From contig MU271257.1 in assembly GCA_021432655.1 (NCBI GenBank), positions 98,224-118,223 on the forward strand: DNA of 20,000 nucleotides. The letters are read 5' to 3'. The DNA comes from Atractiella rhizophila (Eukaryota). The notes beneath the pieces are model-generated. The model was not told where the DNA came from and searched no databases. It saw nothing but the letters and a program-made list of their open reading frames with translations. Below are positions 1 through 10,207 of the stretch, in pieces (the stretch's first letter is position 1; each line of letters starts with the position of its first letter). A program made the translations under genes and the position numbers.

Positions 1-22
1 TGTACAAAGAAAACTACCGCAC

Positions 23-165
23 CTAATTTTGAGGCAATCAGCTAACGCATCCGCCAAGTCACTATCGGTGATTCCATTCACTAGTCCATGGACGTAGAGT
101 ACTGATTCTTGGAGGTAAGGATGAGGGGGACCAGGGATATCCAAATCGTTTGTTGGAGATGCCAT
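23..165 (-). CDS. rrm4: First coding exon of an Rrm4-like RRM RNA-binding protein (gene continues beyond the window start)
   Basis: ATG at 165 (-) gives MASPTNDLDIPGPPHPYLQESVLYVHGLVNGITDSDLADALADCLKI(R), followed by a GTGCGG donor at 22. The HPxL..LYxxG...TD..LA pattern resembles, from memory, the start of RRM1 in Ustilago Rrm4. Only 47 codons are visible. Confidence 0.6.
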
Positions 166-353
166 TTCTTCTATATCACTTGTTGAGAAATTTTTTGGGA
201 GAAGGTGGAAAACTGGAGATTGGAAGAAGTGTAAAACTGCTGAATCCGAGATGTAAAAGTGAAAGCTATAATTTTTGGGTCAGATATAAAGAAGAAGGGG
301 CATAGATCGTGAAATTGATAGGAAAGGTGGTCGTCCTTTGAGAAAGGGCAAGT

Positions 354-936
354 AGCGGTGTCCAAAATATCGCTGGCTTTTTGGAAAGGGAGCAAAAGGT
401 CGACTTTGGCCGCGCGAATACCACGTTCCCGCAGTCTGAAGTGCCTGTAAATAGCAACCGCGGAATCTAAAAGTCGAAAGTGCGAAAGTCGAGCCAGAGG
501 CCCGCTCGCGGGCCTTTCGTGGCACTTTCGCACTTTCGACTTTTGAAAACACGTGTGAACCATGCAAATCTCACGTCTACAATCCTCACAGTTCTTGTAC
601 TCCTCTCCATTTCCACAGCCATGAGTACATCACCTCTCTATTATCAACAAGCTGAGGCTATGATGAGCGCTGCAGCTCTTCAGTTTACAAGGTCATCAAC
701 ATGTCTGACATTTTTATTGACCAGAACGTTGTAGAAAAGTGAGATGGACAGAGTTGGGCTGTTAAATCGCAAACTCCGTGGTCCCCGCGTGTGTGCAACT
801 CGTAGTACCATTTTGGTCCCTCCAGCTGAGTGAGGTAGCCTCTTCGGACTATCCCAAGCGCCGTCCAATATATCACGCTCTTTTGACTTTTACATTTTCG
901 GGACTCTCAAAAGCCAGCGATATTTTGGACACCGCT
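354..936. mobile_element. Non-autonomous DNA transposon (MITE-like), ~583 bp
   Basis: Perfect 29-bp inverted match: 353-381 (TAGCGGTGTCCAAAATATCGCTGGCTTTT) and 909-937. AGT flanks both sides (351-353, 937-939), consistent with a 3-bp TSD; a TA TSD with the element at 355-935 is the alternative. No transposase ORF inside. Confidence 0.8.
469..544. repeat. Long internal palindrome/hairpin inside the MITE
   Basis: Perfect 21-bp arms AAAAGTCGAAAGTGCGAAAGT (469-489) and ACTTTCGCACTTTCGACTTTT (524-544), with an inner 8-bp stem AGGCCCGC/GCGGGCCT (498-505/508-515). Confidence 0.9.
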
Positions 937-1265
937 AGTCAGAACTGAACTAAGATTTCCTTTTGTCGCCTTCTTCCTTTCTTGGAACATTTTGATTCCG
1001 CAAGTTGCTGTTTTTCTGCCATATAATATTAATTACACCACACCGTAACACTCCAGCGCATCGTAATACAGATATCACACATGGGGAGGGAGAGGTGAAG
1101 TAGAAAATGTTGGTTAACACTTCCTCACAGTGAGTACCTTTTCTCTCAGAGAGTTATATGATGTGCATGTCGTGCAAGTCCATATTGCAGTGTTACCAAT
1201 TTTTATTTTACTAAACGTTTACCTGTACTCAACATCCACATACATCCCTTTGACACCTTCAAAGC

Positions 1266-3331
1266 TTAAAGGCTGTAGTAAAACCCGACCGTATTCTCAA
1301 TGGGTCCCCGACGGCCATTCTTTAACAAGTTGTTTTGGTACTTGAACCAGATCGTGAGTAGTATCACGACGGTAATGAGGAGGAACTGGAAGCCAACGTT
1401 CGCCCAGAGTCCAGGCTATGCGAGTTAATCACGGCTTTCAGTATTTTTGGTTTCGAAGTAGAAGCAAAGGAAACATACAAGATATTTTGGACTGTCTTTG
1501 GAGCGCATGATCAGAGGCGAAATAATCCCTCCCACTCCGCCGAACGCAACGACAATGGCGTTAGACACGGAGCGTTTCGATTGACCCACGATGTTGGTTG
1601 ATTGCTTTACATGAGGGACTTAGTTCATATTGTTTTTAGCAAGCTGACTTGGAAACACTCACATATGCAAGGACGGTGGGGATGTTGACCGTCGCGCCGC
1701 TAATTCCAAGGATAACACCAGCGTAGCGTGCCTGTCGCCATTCCACTGTCAATGTACAATTTCAAAATAGGAAATAGCCCACATCGTTATTGTCCAATGC
1801 GTAGGCAGTCATGAGGAGACCGCAGATAGACAGCAGAGACTGCCCGATGAGGAACAGGTATCGATGACCAAATCTATCCGCACAGTAGGAGAGGATGGTG
1901 GACAAGGTGACTGCCACGATCTATATTAACTATATCAGTCCATCGATTGCTGTTGCATGAAGACAAGAGCGTGCATAGGGAGGAGTCGCGAGCAATTGAG
2001 ACTGTGCCACAGATTTTCCAAACCCTGCCAGAATAATGGGGAGGAAGGATGAATAGGCGTATGTCGACACAGTTGTGCAGCAGAATAAGATCCCGAGCGC
2101 CCAAATCTTGAGATCGAGGAAGTACACTTTGATTTTCTCTATCGTGATTGGGTCGTAGACGGCTGTGGAGAAAAAATCAAATCTCGTACTGAAACGAAGA
2201 TTTGAACACTGACCGTCACCTCTGTCGATGTCAATGCGACGCTTTACGATCTCAGTTTCTTCTGCTGAGAGAAACTTATTCTTGTCCGGGAAATCAACAA
2301 TGAGAGGATAGGCAATCAGTCCTAAGTCAGGGGTGAGAACTGGGAAATCGGGAAATCAGACCCCCTCAGAAGGAATCAGACCTAATCCGATGGTAATAAT
2401 CCCTTCTACTAAAAATATCCAACTCCATCCAGCCAAATCATTCTTGCCTGCCAACGTCGAAAGGCCGTATGCGATGATCGGAGAGAATCCAGAAATCAAG
2501 CTCGCAACTACACCCTTCTTCATATATTTCACAACTGAAACAAATTGGGCCGCTCACTGTTCCAGAAAGCAGCAAGACGAAGCTGCATCTCGCGGCGGGT
2601 GTACCAGGTGCTGATTAAGTAGGCACAGGAAGGAAAGAATCCTGTACCCGTTCGTGGATGAGCTGCTTGCTTTTTCATGCATGGGCGACTAACCGGCCTC
2701 GAGGAATCCCAAGAGTGATCGCAAGCCTGCCAATGTGCGCCACGTTGGGGCATAAGCCATACCAACGAGGATAGATCCCCAAGCAACAGTGATGACGGAG
2801 AGCAGTAGAGAAGGTCCTACTCTCCTCACCACCATGTTGGCAGGTAGCTCGAAGAGGATGTATGGCACGAAGAAGGCGATGATAACAATCCTGTTCTCCC
2901 AACCTTAGTCAACTTTGACGAATGGCGGGAAGACAATGAGGCATACGTATAGCGGTCTCCCACATAAAGAACTAGGTCACGAGCAAGACCAGCAACGTAG
3001 GCGAGTCCAAGGTTGGACCTGTCTACAAACGCAATGATTCAGTCCTAAGCTCATATGAATAACAGGAGCGCGTACCGATGAGGGAGAAGCTGTATAGCAA
3101 CCCCAAGATGGGGAGCAGTCGCAAGTCAACCTTCCGCCTGAACATGCATTAGTTTCCAAGCTCTTCAATCCTCAATGGGTCAAAAGCATACATTGTTCTT
3201 CTTTCCAACACAGGGTCAATAGGCTCTCCTTGACCTACAACCCTAACGCCTGCCTGGTGGTCTCCTTTCCCATCCTCAACCTGGTCAATCTCACCCGTTG
3301 CCTTTTCGTTCAAATCCTCAGAGGATGGCAT
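1266..3331 (-). CDS. MFS transporter, anion:cation symporter (ACS; Dal5/Tna1/allantoate-type) family, multi-exon
   Basis: Spliced translation: MPSSEDLNEK...RKVDLRLLPILGLLYSFSLIDRSNLGLA...FFVPYILFELPANMVVRRVGP...LRSLLGFLEAGFFPSCAYLISTWYTRREMQLRLAAF...GPIENTVGFYYSL*. The DRxNxG, FELP, EAGFFP and WY..E motifs are typical of fungal ACS carriers. Stop TAA at 1266-1268. Confidence 0.92.
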
Positions 3332-4386
3332 GTTGTTTTTTTTTCACGTCAGGTCTTGTTTAGGGCTTTAAGGAGAGCTTCGTGCACCTTCAGACAAGAC
3401 TGTGAGGAAGAGGCGAGGAGGCAGAAGTGGGACAGCGTCGAGCTGCTGATCATTGCGTCTCCCTTTATGCACAGTTTGGTTGGGTTGGACTTCCGTACCG
3501 AGTTCGCCAAGGATAGATAGAGTGCTTAGGGTGAAGTTTGGAACTTGATTCAATATTGTTGGCAAGAGTTCTTGCTAGCTGAAGAAGTCCTTCCTCCGGG
3601 CTCGAGTGCGGGGATTCCAGCACGAATGCAACAAGGAAATGAATTGTGATCGAAATTTGCTGGGTCACACAACTCATGCCAAGTTTATCCCCGTAGCACC
3701 CAAGCAAGAAGGAACACATTGCGACCCATAGAAACATGATAACAAACTCTCTCCGAGAAGGAGATTGAGAAGGGGATTAGGAGCTTCCGGCTAACACTGA
3801 AGATGAATGTGTCCGTCCATCACTGCCCTGACCGTTTCATCCTTCCGTCGTAGCACCTGCTCTCTTGGGCGTTCAACAGCAGTGGTCGGATGAATGTTCC
3901 GAGTGGAAGGGGCAAATTGAGGAAATTGTGAAAGGTCTCAGTAATCATTTTGCGTAGCCAGGCCCGGAGAGGGACACGAAGTTCCGTCAATCCCTGATGA
4001 TTCAGTGCCGCGGATTCTATGGAACTTCGAACAGGCTAGGAATGACCAATGTGTTAGTCAAAAAGGCCAGGACGGGGCAACAGGTCCAATTTTGGCGAAG
4101 ACTTTGGAGGACTACAAGTACATTTCTCAAAATAAATCTCGCAAGATGTTGAAACTAGATTGTCACAACGCCGTCTGCGCGAGACTGTATATCGCACAAA
4201 AAAAAGGAAAGAGGTTATCAAAGTGCTGCAAGGAAACGATCATATCCTACCACTACTCGTGCAGGGGTGCGTGGGACATCTAGGGGTCTGATTCACGATA
4301 GCAGCACTCTATTCTAATGGGAAAGAAAGGAAATAAAGAATCACAACGAGCTTCTCACGTAATAAAAATACAGCCATTGCATCTTT

Positions 4387-5798
4387 CTACGCCGCGACCC
4401 CATTTGCGTGTCCATTGCCATTTGCAAGAGGCTTCGACAACTCCTTCACATTCAACTTGCTCGCTCCCTCCTTCAATCCTTCCAGCGCCAAAATCTCTTC
4501 CAGTCTACCAATCAGAGCCTTCTTGTCTCCCTTGTATGGCCGAAGGGGACGACGAGGAGCACCTCCATAACCTGAAACCTCCTCCAACAACCACTTGTTC
4601 CCACTGATACCTGTCTTGGCAGTGATTCCATCGGCGAGAGAGACGACTTCTTGGAGCTTTTGAGCCTCCGCGAGCGCCTCAGGAGAGTAGGAGGAGACGA
4701 CTTTCTCCACCGCCTTGTTCAGACGCACGACAGTTTTCTACGACGCAAGATTTGAAATCAGTCAGCCAGTCCTTGTTCTCGTAAGTGCTGAGCGAGATGA
4801 AGAAACACAAACAGGGAAGACGTTGGCCAGTCCAGTAATGCAGCCGCCAGCTTTGACGAAAGCGGACGGGAGGAGGAAATCGGCGAAGCCTCCGAGGACG
4901 ACGAAGTTGCCTCGTTTGAGGTTTGTCAGACGAGAGAGCTTGCCAACGCTTCCGCAACTATTCATGCCACCCACATCAAAGCCATCAGTATTTATCAAGT
5001 GAGGGAGAAAACATGAAGGAGCTCACGTAAGCTTGACGCCAACAACGTTCGGTGCCAGGTTGGCGATCTCCTCAATCAGGTCAGAATCCAAATCAATTCC
5101 GGCGCTCGCTCCAGGATCTGGCAAAACGTTCAGCAGACGTACTCCCTTCGACCGACGGAGAGATTCTTACAATTGTAGAGAACGACCTAATGGCTGCCAT
5201 CAGCTAGGAAGTGGGGGAGAAAGGAGTTACGTACAGGGGAAGGAGATGCAGCAGCGACGTCCACAAAGTGATCACGAAGGGACTCTCTGTCTAGTGCTCC
5301 AGCATAATAACCGCCTGTGATGACCATAACGTGGGTCGCACCGAGCTCATGTGCCTCTTTGCAAAGTTGTATCGTCTCTGCGGAGCGAAGAAGCGAAGAA
5401 TCATCAAAATCGGACCTTCGTCGCGTCCATCAAATCTTCACTCACCTAAGGTAGATCCAGCACCAGTTCCAGCGATGAGAGGCACATCGAGCTTTTCTCG
5501 ATCCAACGCTTCTCTGACGGCTCGGAGGACGTCGTTTCTCTCCTGGTGAGTGAGGTGGGACGCTAGAAATCTCCATCGGTCAGCATGCTTTGGAGAAGAG
5601 ATAACTCCACACGGACGCACCTTCTCCCATGCTTCCTCCAACAACCAACCCCAACCCTTCCTTTGCCATTCTGATGGCATGATAAACAGTGGTGGCGACA
5701 TCGACCTCCTCTGTGCCAGGCTCGAAGAAAGTCATGAGGGGGACATAGACCCCCGAAGGGAGTGTGGTTGGGACGTAGACGGTGTTGTTTTGAACCAT
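4387..5798 (-). CDS. gaaC: DHDPS/NAL-family class I aldolase, similar to L-threo-3-deoxy-hexulosonate (2-keto-3-deoxy-L-galactonate) aldolase GaaC/Lga1
   Basis: Spliced: MVQNN...GVYVPLMTFF...GLVVGGSMGEASHLT.QER...PLIAGTGAGSTLETIQLCKEA...VVLYNYPGASAGIDLDSDLI...PNVVGVKLTCGSVGKLSRL...GGFADFLLPS...GCITGLANVFP. Contains the GxxGE motif, the conserved Tyr (LYNxP) and the Schiff-base Lys (GVKLT). Substrate is inferred from family and neighbourhood. Confidence 0.85.
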
Positions 5799-6072
5799 GG
5801 CTAGGGGCGTGCAAGCTACTTCTGGGATGGAGCTGTCGAATGGGGAAATAGGCTGGGGAGAGTGATCATCTTTATACCAGATCTCAGACGGCGGATCGTG
5901 GGGGCCGGCAAGTGCGGAGTACGGTCCGCCACGTACAGTGCTACAAAAGGCACGCAAAGCAGCATGAGAGCAACGATTCAACACTGAAAATTACCCCAAA
6001 TCATCCACCAGGATCAGAGTCTAGCTTCGTCGTCTTGTTGGTCAGGAAAGTAAACAGGAAAAGTTAAACAGG
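5799..6072. promoter_or_regulatory. 274-bp bidirectional promoter shared by the aldolase and dehydratase
   Basis: Head-to-head ATGs at 5798 (-) and 6073 (+). TATAAA on - at 5871-5876, SYGGRG-type sites at 5853-5858 and 5898-5903, and an inverted GCGGA-N6-TCCGC at 5914-5929. Confidence 0.7.
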
Positions 6073-8181
6073 ATGTCAATTACAGGATTCAAAGTCGAGG
6101 ATTTGCGATTCCCGACATCCTTGAGCGGGGATGTAAGTGGGCAAATACCTCCTTAGCGCAATGCGCGGAACTGATGGAGGGAAATGAAGGGAACAGACGC
6201 GATGAACCGCGATTGCGATTATTCGGCGGCGTATGGTGTGTTTTGTCCTTCGAATAGACATCCCACGCCCACAAAGCGCGTGGGAACATGCCGAAAATCG
6301 TGTTAATTGCATTGACTCAAATTGGGCCCAATATTCGCCAGCATGCTCGTCGCATCAATGCGTCGCCTTGTCCCTTAGAGCGTGGACTGTCTGACATGTG
6401 GTTCCCCTGGCACAGTGACCTTGAACACGGACAAAAATGTTGCTGGGTATGCCTCTATCCCGTGTTTGGAAAGAGTTGACGATGATCGGAGATCAGCTCT
6501 GGCATGACTTTCACCATCGGTCGCGGGAACGACATCGTCTGCATGGCCGTCACTCAGGTTGCTGAGAAACTCGTCGGGAGATCCCTTCCTTCTCTCCTTG
6601 ACAATATGGGAGCAAGTTGGGACTACCTCCTCTCCGATCCACAATTTCGTTGGATTGGCCCTGAGAAAGGAGTGATCCACATCGCCATCGCCGCCGTTGT
6701 CAACGCGTTATGGGACCTAAAGGCCAAGTTGGCCAGAAAGCCTCTCTGGAGGCTTATAGTTGATATGACGCCAGAGGAGTTCGTCCAAAGCACTTCGTTC
6801 AGGTAAGCACACTTGGACGACAAGAAAAATCGTAATGTATGAGGTTTCAGGTACATATCGGACGCAATCACAAAAGAGGAGGCACTTACTCTTTTGAAAG
6901 AAAAGGAAAAAACGAAGCAGGAAAGAATTGATTTGGTGACCAAAATTGGCTATCCTGCATATACTACCTCCGTTGGTTGGATAGGTGCGCAGTTCACTAG
7001 GGTCTTCACCAAGCTGAACGAAAACCCAGGCTACAGTGATGAAAAGGTCATTCGCTTGACGAAAGAAGCGATTGCTCAAGGATTCAACCATTTCAAAGTC
7101 CATTCTCATTACCTGCGCCGCAGAGGTGTTAGCTGACTGGCCCGCAGGTAAAAGTTGGGATCAGCGTAGAAAACGATCTTCAGCGTCTACGACTCGTTCG
7201 TTCAGTCATAGACGATCCAGCTAACTTTGCCAACCGGGAGAAACCCGATCCAGCAACGATTGAAGGCAAAAATGCCGGTCCAACCGGCGCGGTTCTCATG
7301 GTAGATGCAAATCAAGGTGTGTGATCGCTTCTAAAGTGGGGGTTCTGGATGCTTACCAGCTGCTGACCTGCCTACCAGTTTGGGACGTCCCACAAGCGAT
7401 TGAATGGATGAAGCAGCTCGAAGAAATTAAACCCTGGTTTATTGAAGAGCCAACGGCCCGTTAGTCGACCTTCCCTTGCTCCTCTTATTACTGCGTCATT
7501 GACTCTTTTGCACAGCCGATGACATTTTGGGTCACGCGCGCATCAGAAAGGAACTAAAACCATATGGAATTGGTGTTGCGACGGGGGAGCACGCTCATAA
7601 TAGGTAAATAATAGCCGTTTCCGAGGCAAGGAGGGATGGGAAGACGTTGACACTTTATTCTACTCAGGATGGTCTTCAAACAACTTCTGCAGGCAGACGC
7701 TATCGATGTCGTTCAAATCGATTCTTGCAGAGTTGCTGGAGTGAATGAAATCCTCGCTATTCTGCTCATGGCCGCGAAGTTCGGTAAAATCGTCAACCCT
7801 CATGCTGGTGGAGTCGGTCTATGTGAATACGTCATTCACTGTACGCTTCTCTTCTCTTCAGCATAGTCGAACTCATTCTCTTGCAGTATCACTCATCGAC
7901 TACATTTGCGTCTCAGGATCCATGACAAGGAACGTACTTGAGTAAGTGCTAGTTTTGCTGTGTTAGAATTTCCTTGACTCCTCGCCAGATACGTTGATCA
8001 TCTTCACGAACATTTCCCAAACAAATGTACCATCAATCCTCAAGGACGCTATAACGTTCCACAGAACCCCGACGAGGGATATTCGATCGACATTTATGAA
8101 GAAAGCAAAGCAACTTATCGCTTCCCCGACGGGAAGTACTGGAGTTCAGAAGAAGCTAAGAAAGCGCATGGGTTGAAATGA
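6073..8181 (+). CDS. gaaB: Enolase-superfamily (mandelate racemase subgroup) acid-sugar dehydratase; L-galactonate dehydratase GaaB/Lgd1 / L-fuconate dehydratase (ENOSF1)-like
   Basis: Spliced: [36 protein letters not shown]...[14 protein letters not shown]...[15 protein letters not shown]...NALWDL...[17 protein letters not shown]...GFNHFKVKVG (KxK)...MVDANQVWDV...[15 protein letters not shown]...VATGEH...[10 protein letters not shown]...[10 protein letters not shown]...FPDGKYW...LK*. Metal ligands D/E/E and the catalytic His context are intact. TGA at 8179-8181. Confidence 0.92.
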
Positions 8182-8252
8182 TGGTATTTGGAAATTGTGT
8201 ATTTGTATCCAATATCTAAGTATTCGTGCAAATGTCAAATGTTCTGTGCATG

Positions 8253-9527
8253 TCACAGGTCTGGAAGAAACCCAAAATCCCTCGACAAGATCTCCCAAAT
8301 TGCCCCTTCAGTCATGGGAACCTTCTGCACGTTCTCAAAACCTCCAGAAGATCCATGCCTTGAATAATACTCTCCGGCTTCTGGATCCCTCTTGGAGTCA
8401 AATACCAAGCTCCACCTAGTTCCGGAGGGCAAGAGCCGTGAGATACTCATGAAATGCGAAAAGTAAGCGGAGGGACAATGACTCGTGAAGCTAGAATAGT
8501 GATATCGTGATATCATGATTAAGTTCATCTACATTGAACAACGAGGAAATATGCTCACTAGTTGACGATTTCCCAATCAAATTGGGTGCACGACAAGTTG
8601 ACAAAGTGATAAAGAGGGCTGCTGTACCGGTCTTTCTTCTCCAAAAATCCTTTCTCGAACGTTCGGTATAAGGTCCAGCTGATTCCGGCATCTTCATAGG
8701 GAAGGAACTGTTTGTCTGCGCCAGGGAGAGACTCTTTTAGCAGAAAGAATGATTCATCGTCCGTAATTGATTCTGATTGCACATCATGTGCCAAGAGTAT
8801 CCTACCTGAGAATTAGCCTTTCAGCTTTAATAAAAAGGGATGCAGACGGATAAGGCGATCCACCACCGCCAAATCCCACATCACACAGCCACTCTCCTTC
8901 TTCGCCAGGAACGGAGACGATGAGAACCTGATGGTTATTCATACCCGACCAATCGTAACCTACTTCCTTAGGGTCCTTATTTCTCAGCATGTAAACTCGG
9001 GCTGGAACCTGATCCTTAGACATCAACACTTGCTATGCTGCGTCATGCAAAGGAGACCCGCCTGAGCAACTCTGAAACCTATGGAGCGAAGGACTGCCGC
9101 GAACTGTATCCTTGTAAGGAAGAGATAAAATGCGAGAGGAACAACGCGCCAGTCCATTGTTGGCAAAGCAATACCTGAAAGCTATAGCTCATCATCTATC
9201 GTCGTAAGAGGCGAAGTGTGCGCACCCTCCCCTCCTAAGCTCTACGATTTGTCTATAACAGTGTTGTACATCAATATTGACACCTTCGCCTCCGCCCCAA
9301 CGGAAGGGGGTCTCAGAATCTTGAGGATCGCGGCCAATTGTCTTTTTCAGATGCATGCGAGAGGTATCAAACGGTATGTTCGTTAATGTCGAGAACTGGA
9401 GAGCTCGAAGATACTCCGAAGAAGGATCTTCTGGCTTGCTCGAGAGTGAGACTCGCGTCAGGTAGGAGCTCACTTGTTCAGGTGTGAGGAGAGGGTAAGA
9501 GGTCCAAGAGGCTGATGGTGTCGTCAT
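8253..9527 (-). CDS. nat: Arylamine N-acetyltransferase (NAT family), multi-exon
   Basis: Spliced: YLTRVSL...LQFSTLTNIPFD...RRGGYCFANNGLFAAVLRSIGFRVAQVPARVY...NHQVLIV...WLCDVGFGG. The Cys-His-Asp triad motifs (RGGYC, H, DVGFG) are present. The model uses GC-AG introns at 9104-9149 and 9009-9061. Confidence 0.9.
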
Positions 9528-10207
9528 CTGTGATATCTAATATCTAGTGCCAAAATAAGCGCGTCAATCTCAAGTATTACATCTTTTTATCAGAGTCAAT
9601 AGTCTCAGGCTATAATTGATCAAGAGAGACTACTGAAGTCAATACGACAGCTGACGCTATCATACTAGTACGCTCTCACTCCCAAACACTTAAGCATGAT
9701 GGAAGGGCATCCACGGAAAAGTACGAGTTATATCACACACCTTTCTATCTCCTACGGTGGTAAAAAGTCTGAACTTGAACCCAGAAGCTTGACTAGAAGC
9801 TTCGAGGTGTTGTGGATATTTGAACCTGAAGTCACCGTGCTGACTCGCCAGTGACTCGAGCTCGACACTTCGCGAGGTATACATAATCAGTTGTGACTGT
9901 GCTACACACAGGACAGACAGTCGTGTAACACAGTTTGTCTCGCGTATGGAGACCTTAATAATTATCGTCTTTTTTCCAGTTTCTACTAGTTCCATGACTG
10001 TGAGCATCAGTTGTTAATCCGAACCAAACTACATTGTTGACTTATTCGATTGTCGCAGAATACCATGTTGATGGGTACATCTGGAAGACGTTTGTGCACA
10101 CACAGGAATAAAAACCACCTGAGGCAGAAATTTGCTAATATTCGAGACATACATTGTTAAGAATCTTTTTACAGTTTAGAGTAGCTCACTTTTCAACACA
10201 TATGAAC

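Noticed and set aside
469..544. Bacterial rho-independent terminator or CRISPR repeat
   Set aside because: The context is eukaryotic, there is no repeat-spacer array, and the hairpin is internal to a TIR-bounded element.
480..734. 84-aa ORF (and overlapping minus ORFs) inside the MITE as a transposase remnant or small secreted protein
   Set aside because: It starts within the palindrome and has no DDE, Myb or HTH motif that I can recognise. It cannot be supported without a search.
6043..6072. Short imperfect tandem duplication (CAGGAAAGTAAA/CAGGAAAAGTTAAA/CAGG) before the dehydratase ATG
   Set aside because: It is too short, probably local slippage, and has no evident function.
6236..6415. 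Stwintron or TPP riboswitch in the long dehydratase intron
   Set aside because: Two-step splicing via a reconstituted donor gives an in-frame stop, and no TPP aptamer consensus is visible.
9690..10007. 105-aa minus-strand ORF between PITH and NAT
   Set aside because: It has no recognisable domain or splice support and lies in expected promoter/terminator space.
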